From: Desulfobulbus propionicus DSM 2032
Lineage (GTDB): Bacteria; Desulfobacterota; Desulfobulbia; Desulfobulbales; Desulfobulbaceae
NCBI RefSeq assembly: GCF_000186885.1
Contig: NC_014972.1
Span: 540,001 to 572,000 of the forward strand
DNA length: 32,000 nt
Direction of reading: 5' to 3'
A model generated the notes under the pieces. The model was not told the origin of the DNA and searched no databases. It saw only the letters and a list, made by a program, of their open reading frames with translations. Both the position numbers and the translations under genes were made by a program. Within the stretch, counting starts at the first letter, position 1, and each line of letters begins with the position of its first letter. Shown one piece after another: positions 29,146-32,000 of the stretch.

Positions 29146-30519
29146 TCAGGCTGCGTCTCTAATGATCTTTTCGACTTTCCGCACACACTCGTCTATCAGC
29201 ACAGCATCGCCGCGCGACTCGACATTCAGGCGCAGCAACGGCTCGGTGTTGGAAGCGCGCAGATTCATCCGCCACTGAGTAAAATCCAGACTGATCCCGT
29301 CGGTTCGATCGACAGCCGGCTTGAGGGTGGCAAAATGGCTCTCCACCGCGCGGATGGCGGCCAAGGTATCAGCGACCCGATAATTGATCTCCCCGCTGCA
29401 GGGATACAGGGCTTCGCGGTCATTGACCAGGCTGGACAACGGCTTGCCGGTGGTGCTCATCAGTTCGGCCACCAGAAGCCAGGGGATCATGCCGCTATCA
29501 CAGTAGGCAAAATCGCGAAAATAATGATGGGCGCTCATTTCTCCACCGTAAATGGCGTTTTCCGCGCGCATGCGTTCCTTGATGAAGGCGTGGCCGGTCT
29601 TGCTTTGAATGGGAATGCCGCCAGCTTTACTGACGATATCGATGGTATTCCAAGTCAGCCGCGGGTCATGTATGATCTTTGCGCCGGACGCATGGGCCAG
29701 GAATGCGGCGGCCAGCAATCCAACAACATAGTACCCCTCGATGAAACGGCCGTGTTCGTCGAAAAAAAAGCAGCGATCGAAATCACCATCCCAGGCCAGA
29801 CCCATGTCCGCCCGATGGGCGATGACGGCCTCGCTGGTGGCGGCGCGGTTTTCCGGCAGCAACGGATTGGGAATGCCATGGGGAAAGGTCCCGTCTGGCT
29901 GATGGTGGATCTTGATCATCTGTAACGGCACGGCCAGTTCACGGAATCGACATTCAAGAGCGTCCAAGACATGGCCGGCGGCACCGTTGCCTGCGTTGAC
30001 CACCAGTTTAAGTGGCTGGATCCGGGATGGGGCAATATAACGGAGCAGGTGGTCGACATACGGTTCGAGGATGGACAGGCTGCTTTGCTTGCCCCGTTGT
30101 ACCGGGGCTGAAAAGGCGTTCTCTTCAGCCAGTCGTTGGATTTCCTTGAGGCCGGTATCGCCGCTGATGGGGCGAGCCCCACCACGGACCAGTTTCATGC
30201 CGTTATAGTCGATAGGGTTGTGGCTGGCGGTTATTTCGATTCCTCCATCCACATCGAGATAAAAGGCGGCAAAATACACCTCCTCCGTGCCGACGAGGCC
30301 TATATCGATCACATCGGTCCCGGCATCGAGCAACCCCTCGGTCACGACGGCCTTGAGCGCCTCGCTGCTCAGGCGAACGTCACTCCCGACAACCACCCGA
30401 CGGGCGCACAGGTGTTCCCCAAACGCCCGGCCAATGCGACGGGCGATGTCCTCGTTCAGCTCGGAACCGAGTTTGCCTCGAATGTCATAAGCCTTGAAAC
30501 AGGAAAGAGTCATTGGCAT
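29146..30519 (-). CDS. manB: Phosphomannomutase / phosphoglucomutase
   Basis: 457 aa; [54 protein letters not shown] motifs. Confidence 0.94.
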   Translation of the reverse strand: MPMTLSCFKAYDIRGKLGSELNEDIARRIGRAFGEHLCARRVVVGSDVRLSSEALKAVVTEGLLDAGTDVIDIGLVGTEEVYFAAFYLDVDGGIEITASHNPIDYNGMKLVRGGARPISGDTGLKEIQRLAEENAFSAPVQRGKQSSLSILEPYVDHLLRYIAPSRIQPLKLVVNAGNGAAGHVLDALECRFRELAVPLQMIKIHHQPDGTFPHGIPNPLLPENRAATSEAVIAHRADMGLAWDGDFDRCFFFDEHGRFIEGYYVVGLLAAAFLAHASGAKIIHDPRLTWNTIDIVSKAGGIPIQSKTGHAFIKERMRAENAIYGGEMSAHHYFRDFAYCDSGMIPWLLVAELMSTTGKPLSSLVNDREALYPCSGEINYRVADTLAAIRAVESHFATLKPAVDRTDGISLDFTQWRMNLRASNTEPLLRLNVESRGDAVLIDECVRKVEKIIRDAA

Positions 30520-31946
30520 CGTCCGTACTTGTCACTCAGGCGGACGATGTCGTCTTCACCGAGATACTCGCCGCTCTGGACTTCAATCATGACCAGATTA
30601 AGAATACCTGGATTTTCAAGCCGATGCGAACAGCCGGCTGGAATGTAGGTAGATTCATTGGCACCGACCAGCAGTTCCTGATCACCATTGGTTACCTTTG
30701 CCATGCCGTTGACGACAATCCAGTGTTCGCTGCGATGGTGGTGCATCTGCAGGCTGAGACTAGCACCCGGCTTGACCTCGATTCGTTTGATCTTGAACCG
30801 TGGCCCCTCCTCGAGGACAGTGTAGCTCCCCCAAGGACGAAAAACGGTCCGGTGCAGTTTGTAGGCGTCGTGGTTCTGTTTTTTTAGCAGGGTAACCACT
30901 TTTTTCACGTCCTGCGCCTTGTCCGGGGGAACGATCAGGAGAGCGTCGGCCGTATCGACAATGATTAAGTCGTCGACCCCGACCGTAGCGATCAGGCGTT
31001 CTTCGCTTTGCGCAAAGATATTGTGGCTGTCGACAAAGAGGCATTCACCGATCCCGCGGTTGTTGTCGGCATCAGCTTTTATCAGCTGGCTGACCGCGCT
31101 CCAGGAACCGATGTCGCTCCAGCCAATGTCGGCCGGCAAGACGGCAATGTTCGCTGAGCGTTCCAGTAAGGCATAATCCACCGAGATGTCGGGGAACTGT
31201 TCGAAATGTTTGGCAGGGATCTCAAGCATGTTCGCATCGGCTTTTGTGGTGTGTCGCAGCTCTTGCCAACAGGCTTGGGCAGTTTGGAAAATGTCCGGCG
31301 CATGCAGGGCAAATTCGTTGAGCACAGTACCCGCTAAAAAACAAAACATTCCGGAATTCCAATAAAAATTTCCAGACGAGACGTATTTTTGCGCGGTTTC
31401 TACATCAGGTTTTTCCACAAAACGTAGAACGGACCTGCCCGGTGGAATGTTCGGACCGGCTTCAATGTATCCAAATCCTGTTTCCGGCATGGAGGGGACG
31501 ATGCCGAAGGTTACCAGGCGTCCTTGTCGGGCTAAAATTTCAGCATTTTGCACTGCCTCGGCAAAGGCTTCTTGCCGTTGAACCAAGTGGTCAGCGGGCA
31601 GGACCAAGAGGCAAGCATCGCGATCAAATTGCTCAGCAACCATGAATGCGGACATAATGATCGCTGCGGCCGTATTGCGACCAAAAGGCTCCAGCAGAAA
31701 GGTGTTGCGACATTCAACGTCACCCACCCGCGCCTTGGTTAATTCGTCCTTGCTCATGAAAAAATAGTCGCGATTTGTGGCTGTCAGAATCTGCCCACCC
31801 TGGGCGACTGCCGCGGCACGCAGGTAGGTCTTTAGGAGCAGGCTTTGCCCATCGGTCAACTGCATAAAAGGTTTGGGGTGCCCTTGGCGGGAAACCGGCC
31901 AAAGGCGTGTTCCTGCACCACCGGAAAGAATTAGGGGAATGAGCAT
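30510..31946 (-). CDS. manC: Mannose-1-phosphate guanylyltransferase / mannose-6-phosphate isomerase (bifunctional type)
   Basis: 478 aa; [24 protein letters not shown]; [26 protein letters not shown]; [49 protein letters not shown]. Confidence 0.95.
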   Translation of the reverse strand: MLIPLILSGGAGTRLWPVSRQGHPKPFMQLTDGQSLLLKTYLRAAAVAQGGQILTATNRDYFFMSKDELTKARVGDVECRNTFLLEPFGRNTAAAIIMSAFMVAEQFDRDACLLVLPADHLVQRQEAFAEAVQNAEILARQGRLVTFGIVPSMPETGFGYIEAGPNIPPGRSVLRFVEKPDVETAQKYVSSGNFYWNSGMFCFLAGTVLNEFALHAPDIFQTAQACWQELRHTTKADANMLEIPAKHFEQFPDISVDYALLERSANIAVLPADIGWSDIGSWSAVSQLIKADADNNRGIGECLFVDSHNIFAQSEERLIATVGVDDLIIVDTADALLIVPPDKAQDVKKVVTLLKKQNHDAYKLHRTVFRPWGSYTVLEEGPRFKIKRIEVKPGASLSLQMHHHRSEHWIVVNGMAKVTNGDQELLVGANESTYIPAGCSHRLENPGILNLVMIEVQSGEYLGEDDIVRLSDKYGRCQ

Positions 31947-32000
31947 AGGGAGAGAGCCTGTCGTTTTCGGTTTATTGGTTTTCGATTGTGCAACACCGGA

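Overview
The window comes from a Gram-negative (deltaproteobacterial-like) chromosome. About 1-8.8 kb is ordinary + strand housekeeping: argG 3' end, argH, a Fn3-type lipoprotein, dapF, dapA, dapB, folK, a YHS-domain protein, a small transaldolase, an SLT lytic transglycosylase and pgsA. From about 9.0 kb to the end, all main genes are on the - strand and form a surface-polysaccharide locus. It contains manC, manB, a 3-part methyltransferase fusion, a methyltransferase with a 13 x 14-aa coiled-coil repeat, a giant triple-glycosyltransferase, an AlgJ/AlgX-like protein, an MBOAT O-acetyltransferase gene, a tandem-domain sulfotransferase, gmd, an rmd-like gene and two GT4 glycosyltransferases. 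The best candidate for a distinctive system is the methyltransferase/coiled-coil 'ruler' protein overlapping the triple-GT gene, which resembles the logic of E. coli WbdD/WbdA. The locus has been remodelled by mobile DNA. A 1317-bp IS5-type element interrupts the MBOAT gene: TAAA target duplication, and exact removal restores the reading frame. A MITE-like 323-bp derivative of the same element sits beside a decayed IS630-type transposase. An IS1380-type element lies upstream of the broken gene. Family assignments come from recognition of protein motifs; no database search was run.
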